Positions 61,801-64,000 of a stretch of DNA of 64,000 nt are shown in pieces. The notes below the pieces were generated by a model. The model had not been told where the DNA came from, ran no database searches, and saw only the letters and a program-made list of their open reading frames with translations. Position 1 is the stretch's first letter. Each line of letters opens with the position of its first letter. Position numbers and translations under genes: made by a program. The DNA comes from Giardia intestinalis (Eukaryota): assembly GCA_000002435.2 (NCBI GenBank), contig CM018791.1; one strand, written 5' to 3'.

Positions 61801-62373
61801 CTAATTCTCATTGACTATGATGCAAAGGAGCTCGAGAATATGCACGCTTCCTTGCATTTGCCTTATACACATGCACGGTCTCTGCGACGGCAACCCTTGC
61901 TGCCCAGTACTCTCGCAGAAATAGTGTTTAACAGCGCACAGCTCATCAAGAGCAACATTTACGAAGGCGTCACTCAGAGCAATACGCTTAGGCGCTTGGT
62001 TGAGAGTCAAACATTCGCGCGAAATGTGGACACGATTCTGGTATGCGTCATGCTGATAGCATTTCGTGTTAGCAAGTTCCGGAGACTTTGGCATCTTGGC
62101 AGAGAAATACAGGTGTGCATGGAAAGGATGGGGTCTAGCCTTATCCTAGCGCTCAACAGTAATGCCATCAAACCAGTGGCAGAGAGCACAACAATCATGT
62201 GGGCTATAGCCTCTATGTATCTGCAGCAAACTTACCCAGAGGCTTGTCTCACCGTCATGCATACTTGCGTAAAAGTCACAATAAAAGTCACAATAGCAGA
62301 TGAGGCATTCGAGGTCCCAAAACAGGAGTTCACAGCGCTCGAGAGTCTGATTTTTCTTCTCCGGTGCATGTAA
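37888..62373 (+). CDS. Giant protein (about 8,162 aa) with a degenerate dynein-heavy-chain-like C-terminal motor region and a very long N-terminal extension.
   Basis: A single 24.5 kb ORF. The track start at 37864 is a TTG and the first ATG is at 37888. Four dynein motifs appear in the order seen in dynein heavy chains. (1) Stalk-entry motif ALPRLKTAVNAVNKLTKDVVGGIKVLKQPPSSLRRIIDCLAILM, compared with dynein ALPALEEA..L..L.KKDI.EIKS...PP..V..VMEAVCIL. (2) Post-MTBD motif DFNYYSAGKISQLCQSMIEWLNAVVSYYKLACALHPV, compared with DF.PE.V.KVS.AA.GLC.WV.AM..Y.KVAK.V.PK. (3) About 125 aa later, LLIDAVVYSTFVCGGF, compared with GD.LLAAAF.SYLGPF. (4) AAA5-like PLVWDPRGHFEEFLINL, compared with WPLMIDPQGQANKWIKN. 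Upstream of the stalk, NGHAGYFAFLLAGSHDNIALCASILA resembles the AAA4 block GxALLVGVGGSGKQSLTRLAA, but the P-loop is lost. No intact GxxxxGK[ST] is found by eye. Confidence 0.8.
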   Translation: MIEGIIAYLQGLVDTDEDKAYLVNYFSANEFQSLLSGATTHTVIKLTNFPGIDLFLQNIKGYQLLLSSYKGDARYLLLLFHSGKVTHFSEFTLSTVHLLLDQLPLSTFQYLDTIARIRFLQQLASSYNVALNIFPSYLTPLFIETFHSTVLLFLRYYPCDPKSISGKAEALQDIGISQLTVEGLEQSMADIRNLVAGTSEAKASSPEPLQVSLGTHREVVLLLSVYLSTALASFHALASEIAYTFSTYSHLPTLTDTLLYLHQMMSRVAYALSFLESPLVLELLQFVQSALEGARLSNPKQRSKTLTDLVTAENNIILHLQSLKTDFISVKALLHRNMRLLDAIVPFISSIHDILCPFTVQLSCELHMIWPKRDTVVSTTYFYELLHQLLNLDYKTILHTTETMYTIANSLDLRRVDGNPLIHDTVEGVQKRRPHDLSLSPQFCLSIIKLFANDMDLCLTNLILLFCNEIIDGSSSKDDMNTLVSALSSLASLTPSNGHRFSASTTLDTDLDLGDQSKEPAESSSGVSRTVEVLQLVLAITKIEHNSMRNFVFMTAEPDLFQSYMQPPLSNNGSHHDGPDSTDSTDSILYGLQMSHVSLPNQSFSASGSASTEAVLGHSQSPLYSTLAGQLAPQGADALHRSDCLAACRAKEPQQLTADEIFDMKVADILEAPIYRLCITEFAPRSIASLYFLIRIAHAAYFSYSRLQLIFVQLYRPASGHKETTFMQAVQPGSLHLEVTSTAAYKANSAVAADICLYTIALRNIVEASGPIEIIKLALLNYHEFEALHPKEGRLFQTIMNSDTSFIHTVISYIVQKYLVDTSPTVGLCALFVDSQAQQLQFCKEMELARSKVLSLDSSLCREKPLQRIPSSCLDKSVEVPNGTHFALLMEQILEMCRAQLIETFKINYTLRLQLSATSALSFVKKVSSYIMFMFKGRARELIQSFYDGVIKVAAETIRQTEAYFHTVLCKFETNTFDEILDNPRRITFLPKWPLFIRGILEAVAIINRFITATDLSMHSEILTNVALRDDKLRYNMNKLALLHSLSSDIGLKALKAWLKDSLEHCHQLKCFVLRLSEQCAPSMLSLYMSDTLFNSLAKALLSRVTVTYEVNAPQHALQFALELELLGRFGILRITEPFMCRFLLKEDFLSLIDVIYTELQNPEDPLETLLVGASFVGESVNTPEHERLSVELLSQSFSGPTDSISSSASAGSELRRPLLSKSEPGLDHNLAALHASSQEQARPSNILFAKVFISNYASIVSRVKVLVSLVHEILRTRRRYSNILFANPFLLLFAGSHYILIEKELELFAAKFDWLSTEFQVTAERVYKAVHKLDSFVIALQFIMKGVLRPIFRELRKPAAIQRSGNKQCSLAELETGLMKYALQRNLFVDASVNRLIDAINRCQSIHDEYYPSGKLALHYYSLFVYILGPLRQSQVLDRAGITDSEARTMFSNAQSSLQEVYKQAVVHPTEVLTICRHVQIMLHEELYAVVKTQISQALLYHIEKLSSSLLHVIINPQTGPVILLTLNRTASTFTTSPDYTLLPIIIYTIISSLKVILSSAIHSACSRVRANLSLPGMAGAYKSVESNPLIMRYEPESKNPFDICNIDDDPLVRAVKLEHMSPAPHLRSKSVTPLSRSRELREQLLTSPCPRSLSQSIARRSAMFEELAILSAIQHETDIGDNSISLLQTYTKVDSVIVEQNIDYVELLGVSRDTYELSQALRIYGTFHELLIFVKKLIRSFDAASSSFSVAQKTCQQQLLAGATDATQGNYLEAYHEMIRAASLSNRTIGTLMEAHPLTTFYAKNPVGSVVKIKALHNFQDTGYLFSRLSLLENDLHLTLQAITLLDVLSIELIKLSDAAAGVLDSRDAIQMIKHDLDTKRLSEAHSFRLKLMLFVETLYDVFKRLSPELVLKIEQDVSFDYLSRVLHGIKTFEILNNIVLDFVQVLEHLLEFIPERAYYHERLELLFPLDDMFIGNINLLSVNITKVTNDVRTFIKEKYPKFTESIITQIKYSYGDCQLLRNYLTEASPCSNVFKSFGELWGQRYLVQLKPYLLSNITEFTWGSTNLYRQMSDYNPDVPSCDESTSLFNSSGSECEDNCDIEGNGSRQTLIHGSGNTVDAATSSILPSTKFSSRTTFLDEDSTKLLYKRGRHELSLRKAPQRFRGVSPAQRDPEESYSDTFKHDFEPLDAATDVQPYNFLSINIRCMLADIHNVHTKALSAELIHQFRHALFSCIKPLGEETYYIVSNVFKEALCLPQFTEICVTDTDIASILPSSENPVQGLSRSSLSLLLRNEITHALADRSLGSALGGSSDATASSRPTKPLWVRLVSFHTFPKDDTRFLSSIDYDKYVYCIQLNDSDAIPTNESIQKFLETYVVLRSSPNKKANRIRLNNVTTISESLLLMNSSGESHSSDSNDTDDVVDQEPYTQLYKLAICNDGSACASSEKDAHHKETILQEHGLHTIPTVFGSYSLRGFIIVVWEITQVNTREYRHPPFLSFTMAKKLKERLFESILQSNILILQLNEKLETCTKIATAVKVHGCLEFLSKIPADQYRRIRADISCTKGLLVLFTRFINLILILYSCSWKILTAEVDFSLTTPEGLMAIGEGVSPAYEQLREIGSSIPGKLSNQIASMSALMTAIYSLWTDYSVLKRAVHVLQTTKSRIEGISTYDMTPTVEQDSVFLNDFYIQILTNELLHSNPSLIRNSGERGKFTAGGVEGLDCQLQEKIDGTFRGKVMIGKFLLTYLQLFFSYAMTISLMPFRHEISHRYYEVAGELLSLCCLYRDFFIPPLSTMLSSRVKIDLFTELCTTCLEPADSLEALPLGCYVDTLFTHENIEYIDRYTSEAKETTAVLLDYHALLTEHKAVLSIATSNYWCFFNGFENSVLTPISCLILLREEKVQHLCNLILKVKHRLQSIVTRFNRFRSLLCTSPEYRSLLDVYTRTNLLLKLLSLMKKSGHQIESVLKAALLIRADVPARLSSEQCTRRYAPNYFDIVDERVWDAGHIPLLFNVDQYKAISNTHLQLTAKPRVSAAGHQESDLTVSGSLSVTSIHSGPDASVVTSEYDRHQDMSPSNSLGSELRVAELLAMAKPRAPLDSPFEPNDLKDTQLYSTNIFLNQSNAVRTVPCYIKDPGTNLISIHPLIKSLSTQFTALAPQSASSTEARPFLLQCETSLSGVEENYAFTKHSTIAAPDRPLSNDQFKQYLSAAPETSFPYEEVNNVYVRWPSIFTKVNADLSSSGSGVVSIKYTITELESFISAAEISFAAFFDRWRRFYPPLLSLSDAEMLQLYTYTYDKNVLMDESYYALLTSNNHLYIAPLEFESELTQKHFAYCNKFREKLSMAEFYMLPNHMQAILGKLFPISHMSQSPGNAKGIYRSLTYYSKRTSLQILGFVYGMSRRCILGTFLSDMSVLLFTQKIVCSVDVDDRIDPVSCSELFYTTLMPKCTDDSDFHARPTIPLSTFVVLPYIDQEIKASIKYLCVTYACRYNLVQTDSFINYLTTTISIGQDIKTPDNFISALFNPDPAVFTSFAKRLLVSILDLQPISKLKAFVKEEFLLAIGHLPDCIIIDLILCRYTLLISNYLLSYSISYKEGQADPTKTFIEIVDELHYYSRIFFQHRIPYLRVVIESLLQGAFAIYRNHHGLLDLLLKVAQSVEQAVNDLKITPLSVFIHDRCTLLLATTPDNDLVGDIHDIFLRASSLLHLHMIEQAHAQDTAIHELAWALTVLLGEELAKSTIDSSARCIQIDASLIPDVTSKLPPVQIDFPDTRGLLAGLLFGYIERLPTPLVLKSAPSVEYITKPPRCCSLGGSVIPDQLRSYMTSTDTGPPDFVPDLYREPVANHHLYSYDDPLVQLSTSSLCRLSSFRLLVRVAYALELKEFNLICPHPGLYCSWIVRNTIAEYTLCSVINKVYRWPDLYSTVYTPENVRLSIYFFSLLTGHYLIDNESDLYSTTAAFLQKQVGDLWRSLICGNYIILRQEYMYKLNSLLIGLYTSISEFSGTPLTRKMYRQSNNIGVLNVGQSSRAFIANNINLMVVPFELRRTDVTEFSATCPTVIGPLSRVLVFGTTPLKDTRYADYIIDCLFPPSSGLARSKLVDRYALVDEARKRSTDVTRPSLTEAFNLLPVSIFEYLDKADSEKDQCSPSSKAALDPHTERNMDVTLFTLFALYNCMAVYCKVKPDCSVIDELCTSLAQKIVRVLSVFHRLMATPPDSGLLGAATVLSRPIMELCIAISLNLMRMQCTAEHIEDEALSLLALLTPAGSTSLSKRMLNRLSSDATTLERDEAFLRLLKRLFQNSDAHLTPFGKAVCAHPLAAFLMLTNYADTSLLNDLSLPQAHPCYSIVALTSNPFVQIGYARLLRPYSPQIDRLQHVYSVADVPIVALISKVHRDMCRSPAVKIQDESAPLPPGQLRHALFQKYILCEEIRADGSVDVKVNYLYISLIYRRLLQLAQLTGPPEIVLSGQVVLFILMIYKLARMLSFNFRYILVTNASNSNTLYLMTEIAASVSCEIEAKPYYSPNFYMCKQLKQLSAPTPCPKYEATEQLEQIIHQRYAQESTSNQGGCLSSILSPLASRRAVATPVMSQPEPPRTQLRKSGLQTVHLHNSDLSADTPSSETSSFTDQSQTVAHQLPFDAAGGTRRFKQLVGTRLMSSQPGGFAFSSKTDNSIGAGAERKRSFRSSSASVISGFKSSARSLSRGITNQSVDRSSHSMKRKRSASTGHLSSFAKEVEGDTSLLLKTKDAGLTSWSVQSVCLEFPRRFFTRFAPKILEATNQNAMGSVSFYDTLTGERLSDISEGNHRRSLELTLEDSIANLYTHDPLADSQSAIEKEQNNTFSQHGSHMLVEQSNGAFNLSLLRIESSARRTFASRILTSQNAETDDCPQLLTFTNSAARAYDPISPEEATVLNFIAGRQGPLFMPTKSAGISRVRYIAVGSISSAETIMGWKDFTPQVTDGPYNRIAYPGSSAFSLDIDTLITCLPIVIYTREKAVWPISIQALTIPDALNSLVSLRLFLTDSLHNRIYGEQNIERGLSRAQQEVSRAVTRLANSHHVPIILPPQPGTFIAARGGALQAGNESQTNEGAHKAGSLSMNVYGGSVVTSTAAASHLFHALTCYDTTKNTFPYLFEVYNETVLQHVSDCLWAYLILPLLHEIFIVNNRKKHSNDSSDMRLFQTRHYESFVDYLRLELAEIITHYTNSLSKYHVLHENKSTFILVNLNTIFCLHQSELYELSKITPSTTKHEATQMLRAARSAISSSDERRADILKNVVFSVACSVFRYMCTKAAVSPKTFDKLINYMQIIPSYSINDPLEKVLAEANLATNYSDLPEKSVTKLTYNPINDAFNMRVMAHVNRALRELFLLYRVDPPASTIKQDEAKQLSGAASKEKETRFSPSDDSLDDIHKFEDTDLEVHTKDRRPSYKVDYELKYEVSNFFYGGLYGPYPLINSRFSPELLSFVPYCFQDTLRDGHVTSLPKEALPHAHLLNRMKRAKGSSIFLESYKAPIPQFLSCASVLRSRVLSFVLSTTQASSDPVLLCAGDYEADLLYHCGITSIHPDENIYGSTSHSYLIMSIVDEDILYSIVDLTEHICSHHSYVSLIGLIIVVSQQFVQTARDLQYLYSLAQTLPSMIHPRVLLLVFLPHNFLEATPCLPYRYEALYVHPPTSTQLLTVASYDLIYSIAESDIASRDSRLPLKFLATFEPRLKYASLLTKQLQAVFRDSLLTQKVLAMASKLMLDGTFLNAHSLRVPSCSNLLGDIFLLSVNIVLVMQNYGEIEDASFKEALLAVIYRYVVSPSPRDVLPYYDFDAVPHTLTTMPADFVEYAVRLLQPGRMLLEFLLLGAESLESEYIYTAVLSSLRSTQVAIVTEAQTNELVASNTHLLRVGKRPLVPVYASASATSDLPNYGQALVRGGDLLLCSEAYNASSFAVHLEHFVSTRCVRMIRLYATDSGSYMKSLKYGLHLFMLRQNLHTSQQAVIVDCINDKSAMEIIERAIYLCVYTKSVVADKDKPIKHIVLLLSSQQATPMHTSSGLGESASCIEVLNTSARGEAASNDRDLRNLILALATPYAEIFSALPQRLRTDFIQRTGLHSSRDIHNLLLSVFVLVVTTPATLDFSLSQTNVVPFGLEDYPKALGINTRLSLQLSFNLVDKPTEKLQIRQRASEVSEYTEARLGNNGHAGYFAFLLAGSHDNIALCASILATEFPVMIQWAQTRLGAVFAGRSHGFLLKDHLPVIKVTKGSLEEYLSSLMSTNVIDIATFFYEALRLTGSPQPTAYSIVIFTHFVLQEFKYRLARFVDSLDQICCNLQTAQNLSSASTKELNSVKKQSDIETQQVEEIAKELKQADTDITQMIKRLVYNQRLFKNRQRKIATLTAESNRLQKLISQALPRLKTAVNAVNKLTKDVVGGIKVLKQPPSSLRRIIDCLAILMHAPLSKISHDILQVTLPLVSPDLMDDELALQRIYDRESNKASRPLLFFIGQEVISQVRRRAPVPDDSELDDMQVAINADIAMMENLRLVSYSDYTKQVEDECCRKASDAPQDASSQLRAAKDAFVVKDLGKLLSDVHGASLLGSTFHGSAFKKQMSLELSFAERPDIYIGRKITDPYLTANDLRMNIPKILSNVDMLRSASHIFSFSELGNDILHVLHPFNYEEIYNYVLAHGAFVSDLTRPIELETKGRRSEKKSTYNLYTTYRYSCMVRDQCVISSAPVLVNFHDGTTLEESSASSNAINVTFYAPKDSFDELQYFLQATAFSERICRFDPTVLTDEQIELLEPYLAQPDFNYYSAGKISQLCQSMIEWLNAVVSYYKLACALHPVYQRNEFVRSFINNFTAESDNLAVMIHQDEEAIVAMRNRKKELVKEQDRLGARAKDTLTHERYSQHIKSEMTEKYDTWLTNFQTMCGELSSLLIDAVVYSTFVCGGFTVCSSFKRALQESRASQFCKATVPLSDTEKHLFSQYGNTIVYGDTQHGTETSMTPHAHKKSTINYLLNISNAAQSFVSHYIDSQRHTKARPCDPEQFSLDVADASDDDALDKFSEQVAESDSAAVLAQGLHTDYAISLTTDVLAIAHSTGISLPKTYHIFVEGDMFTSFGLTYGFVTQIRPLTDIFLKQDFYPRVDVTDSSDGYLHTGLLGLILHYPLAFYAMGITKEEILQLSALFTCPLVPLVWDPRGHFEEFLINLKEYSHICSQKIRKLVNSSYLLSPDQLRQIYHRLEEPELVVYDSLPEFLDSLLSDCPSNRAIGHSYSNLTVAYITPDDLLGKTQHSNMTLSSVLSQLVMTSAIRGVRHRVILVLRGHSLHAIRDQALDSFISADASGIFAHYEFSYQLHYQLARSVGLSCKAPCLYRNILTDASADLLEAFLDYVFCFTLYMRADSTVNKEDYIAVLVSAKQNVLLAGQKVESILDNVEVVIRNFANIEHTYNIIQQVLCGHSFTVKLSDGGDIGVDNLTERSLSESGLEVTQISVPLSNRYQETTVTREMLSKLAFLYSLFYDKSTTDLINYQLYKTVSLHIMQDLLAPLNLRTYFLVISLYGAHYQYKSVHPGIINLLIVLLCELDKRTDIFFDPLQSSSGTAHLELRSSGPSMSTSATESVITSSGESSDSEVLADKLYFVTGRLLTMLSSLPLLDALRHEFKLTGTNINFWKWYITYFVGKCSSAQASEGASKGYLDRDKILYPSSYQDVVAKIAVSFGGGAVLRESLADYIDIITFCLFSIGVKNYEEICNQRVSNNNNNNKSQFSPRLNSTQGVFMNWLIHSLDILSRQLTDNGCVKNFLYKRKSPIGLFLNDSYGVGIEATIYREINYFFKRNNMLRLTQKRHASSGSHVTEQAYISIDETNQDPHQCNISTFVLPSSLHIGRTFSLETLVHIWKCLSIYEYRTSVDQSVFDCFVQANEATRRTYSLTEITLLPRSWPAAVRNEIMSRISDYSTGKCMTGKRSAGESSANSESICYRSNGNNLILIDYDAKELENMHASLHLPYTHARSLRRQPLLPSTLAEIVFNSAQLIKSNIYEGVTQSNTLRRLVESQTFARNVDTILVCVMLIAFRVSKFRRLWHLGREIQVCMERMGSSLILALNSNAIKPVAESTTIMWAIASMYLQQTYPEACLTVMHTCVKVTIKVTIADEAFEVPKQEFTALESLIFLLRCM
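61114..61131 (+). repeat. (AAT)4-AAC-AAC microsatellite encoding a poly-Asn run (NNNNNN) inside the giant gene.
   Basis: aataataataataacaac, seen directly in the sequence. Confidence 0.7.
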
Positions 62374-62427
62374 AGTAAAACAAAAACAATTTTACTGTAG
62401 TTTGAACATTCTTAATTTTAATTCTCG

Positions 62428-64000
62428 ATGTCGTTGTCGGACTTTGACTACGGCCAGGAGCTCGTTGAGACCCCAGAGGAGCTCAACGCCCTCTTTGAGA
62501 AAGTGGAGGAGGCAGCCCATGCGTTCCGCCAGCTTGACCAGGCGCAGGTCGACAAGATCTTCTATGCCGCCGCTTTCGCAGCCTCGAACCAGCGTATCCC
62601 CTTGGCAAAGATGGCCTACGAGGAGACGAATATGGGTGTCGTCGAGGACAAGGTCATTAAGAACATGTTTGGGTCGGAATATGTGTATAACAAGTACAAG
62701 AACATGAAGACCGCTGGGATTATCGAGGAAGACAAGGCGGGCAATACAATTACTGTTGCAGACCCTCTTGGCATCCTCGCTGGTATTGTGCCCACCACAA
62801 ACCCGACGTCCACTGCCATCTTCAAGTGCCTTATAGCGCTCAAGACGAGGAACTGCATCATCTTCTCTCCGCATCACAGGGCCGTCAAGTCAACCATCCA
62901 CGCGGCACGCATTGTCCGTGACGCCGCCGTCAAAGCTGGAGCACCTCCCAATTGCATTGCCTGGATTACGAAGCCTTCCGTTCCCCTTGCGAAGGCTCTC
63001 ATGGGGCACCCCAAGACTAGCTGTGTCCTCGCTACTGGCGGCCCCGGCATGGTCACTTCGGCCTATAGCTCCGGCAACCCCTCCATTGGTGTCGGTCCGG
63101 GTAATGTCCCTGCGCTCATTGACGAGACGTGTGACTACAAGACCGCCGTGAACCAGGTTATCAATAGCAAGTCGTTCGACAATGGCGTCGTCTGCGCTTC
63201 AGAACAAGCCATCGTCTGTGTCACGAAGGAGATCTACGACAAGTGCATCGAGGAGCTCAAGTTCCGCGGCGCCTACGTCATGACGGAGGACGAGAAGCAG
63301 CGTGTCAACAAGCTGATCCTGCCACTGAACGAGGCCACTGGGAAACATCAGCTCAACGCCGACATAGTCGGACGCCCTGCCCGCGACATCGCTGCAAAGG
63401 CAGGCGTCGTCGTTCCTGCGGACTGCAAGTGCCGCTGCATCGTGGGAACCTTCACAGAGGTGCGCCACGACGAGGCGATGTCCTGCGAAAAGCTCTCCCC
63501 AGTTTTGGGTATCTGTTGGGCTGAGACATTCGAGAAGGCCGTCGACATTTGCGGACAGATGATCGATATGGCTGGGGCAGGCCACACAGCTGCGATTCAC
63601 ACAGCGCCCCACAGACGCGACCGCATTGAGTACTTCACGCACCACATCAGGGCTGGCCGCATTGTCGTTAACTCTCCGAGCACGTTTGGAGGTATCGGCG
63701 ATCTCTACAACTTTGCGATCGATCCCACCATGACTATCGGCTGTGGCTCATATGGCAAGAACTCCGTCTCTGAGAACGTCGGGCCGAAGCACCTTCTCAA
63801 CTATAAGAAGGTGGCCATTGTGAGGCGCAATCCGCTCTGGTTCAAGGTTCCGCAGGTGATGCACGTCGGTGAGGGCGCTCTTGCTAAGGCTGCTGCGGAC
63901 CTCATCTCCCGCGGGCTCTCCAGGGCTTATATCATCACTGGAAAGGTCATGCACGATCTTGGGTTCACGGACAAGATCATCAGCCCCCTTACTGCAGGCA
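62428..64000 (+). CDS. adhE: Bifunctional aldehyde/alcohol dehydrogenase AdhE, N-terminal fragment. It covers the acetylating aldehyde dehydrogenase domain and the start of the Fe-ADH domain. The gene continues past the 3' edge of the window.
   Basis: Translation from the ATG at 62428 (ttaattctcgATG) reads MSLSDFDYGQELVETPEELNALFEKVEEA...ADPLGILAGIVPTTNPTSTAIFKCLIALKTRNCIIFSPHHRA...VLATGGPGMV...FDNGVVCASEQ...CGSYGKNSVSENVGPKHLLNYKKVAIVRRNPLWFKVP...GKVMHDLGF. These match the conserved AdhE ALDH-domain blocks and the linker into the Fe-ADH domain. There is no stop before position 64000. Confidence 0.9.
   Translation, partial: MSLSDFDYGQELVETPEELNALFEKVEEAAHAFRQLDQAQVDKIFYAAAFAASNQRIPLAKMAYEETNMGVVEDKVIKNMFGSEYVYNKYKNMKTAGIIEEDKAGNTITVADPLGILAGIVPTTNPTSTAIFKCLIALKTRNCIIFSPHHRAVKSTIHAARIVRDAAVKAGAPPNCIAWITKPSVPLAKALMGHPKTSCVLATGGPGMVTSAYSSGNPSIGVGPGNVPALIDETCDYKTAVNQVINSKSFDNGVVCASEQAIVCVTKEIYDKCIEELKFRGAYVMTEDEKQRVNKLILPLNEATGKHQLNADIVGRPARDIAAKAGVVVPADCKCRCIVGTFTEVRHDEAMSCEKLSPVLGICWAETFEKAVDICGQMIDMAGAGHTAAIHTAPHRRDRIEYFTHHIRAGRIVVNSPSTFGGIGDLYNFAIDPTMTIGCGSYGKNSVSENVGPKHLLNYKKVAIVRRNPLWFKVPQVMHVGEGALAKAAADLISRGLSRAYIITGKVMHDLGFTDKIISPLTAG

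Overview
This 64 kb window looks like nuclear DNA from a Giardia-like diplomonad. It has no introns and is very gene-dense. Overall GC is roughly 48%, judged by eye.

Several things point to Giardia. Start codons sit in short AT-rich initiator contexts such as aaaataaATG. AGTRAAY poly(A) signals overlap or directly follow stop codons. Intergenic spacers are as short as 11 to 45 bp. The gene content also fits: an ankyrin 'protein 21.1'-type gene with a C-terminal RING finger, a high-cysteine membrane protein, a single-domain PDI ending in KEL, and the 5' end of the bifunctional AdhE.

The supplied ORF track allows GTG/TTG/CTG starts. I trimmed several 5' ends to the first ATG that has an AT-rich initiator.

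I call 20 protein-coding genes, two of them truncated by the window edges, plus one tRNA-Thr(AGU). The two truncated genes, one at each edge, have no stop codon inside the window and so are absent from the ORF track.

There are two main results.

1. A sharply bounded island of about 0.88 kb at roughly 78% GC (about 30775-31655). It forms exactly the N-terminal third of a minus-strand gene encoding a type II membrane, mucin-like protein. Its third-codon positions are almost all G or C. The gene starts 16 bp downstream of the tRNA-Thr. This looks like a compositionally foreign, in-frame fused segment and should be checked against assembly chimerism and horizontal acquisition.

2. A giant 8,162-codon ORF whose C-terminal part carries dynein heavy chain stalk, microtubule-binding and AAA5 flanking motifs in the right order, plus an AAA4-like block with a decayed P-loop. 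No intact P-loop is visible by eye. I read this as a degenerate dynein-like giant protein.

Smaller points: a proteasome Rpt ATPase with an unusual Walker A (GPPGCAKS), divergent genes separated by 11 bp, convergent gene overlaps, a weak box C/D snoRNA-like candidate, and a small palindrome in an unusually long spacer.
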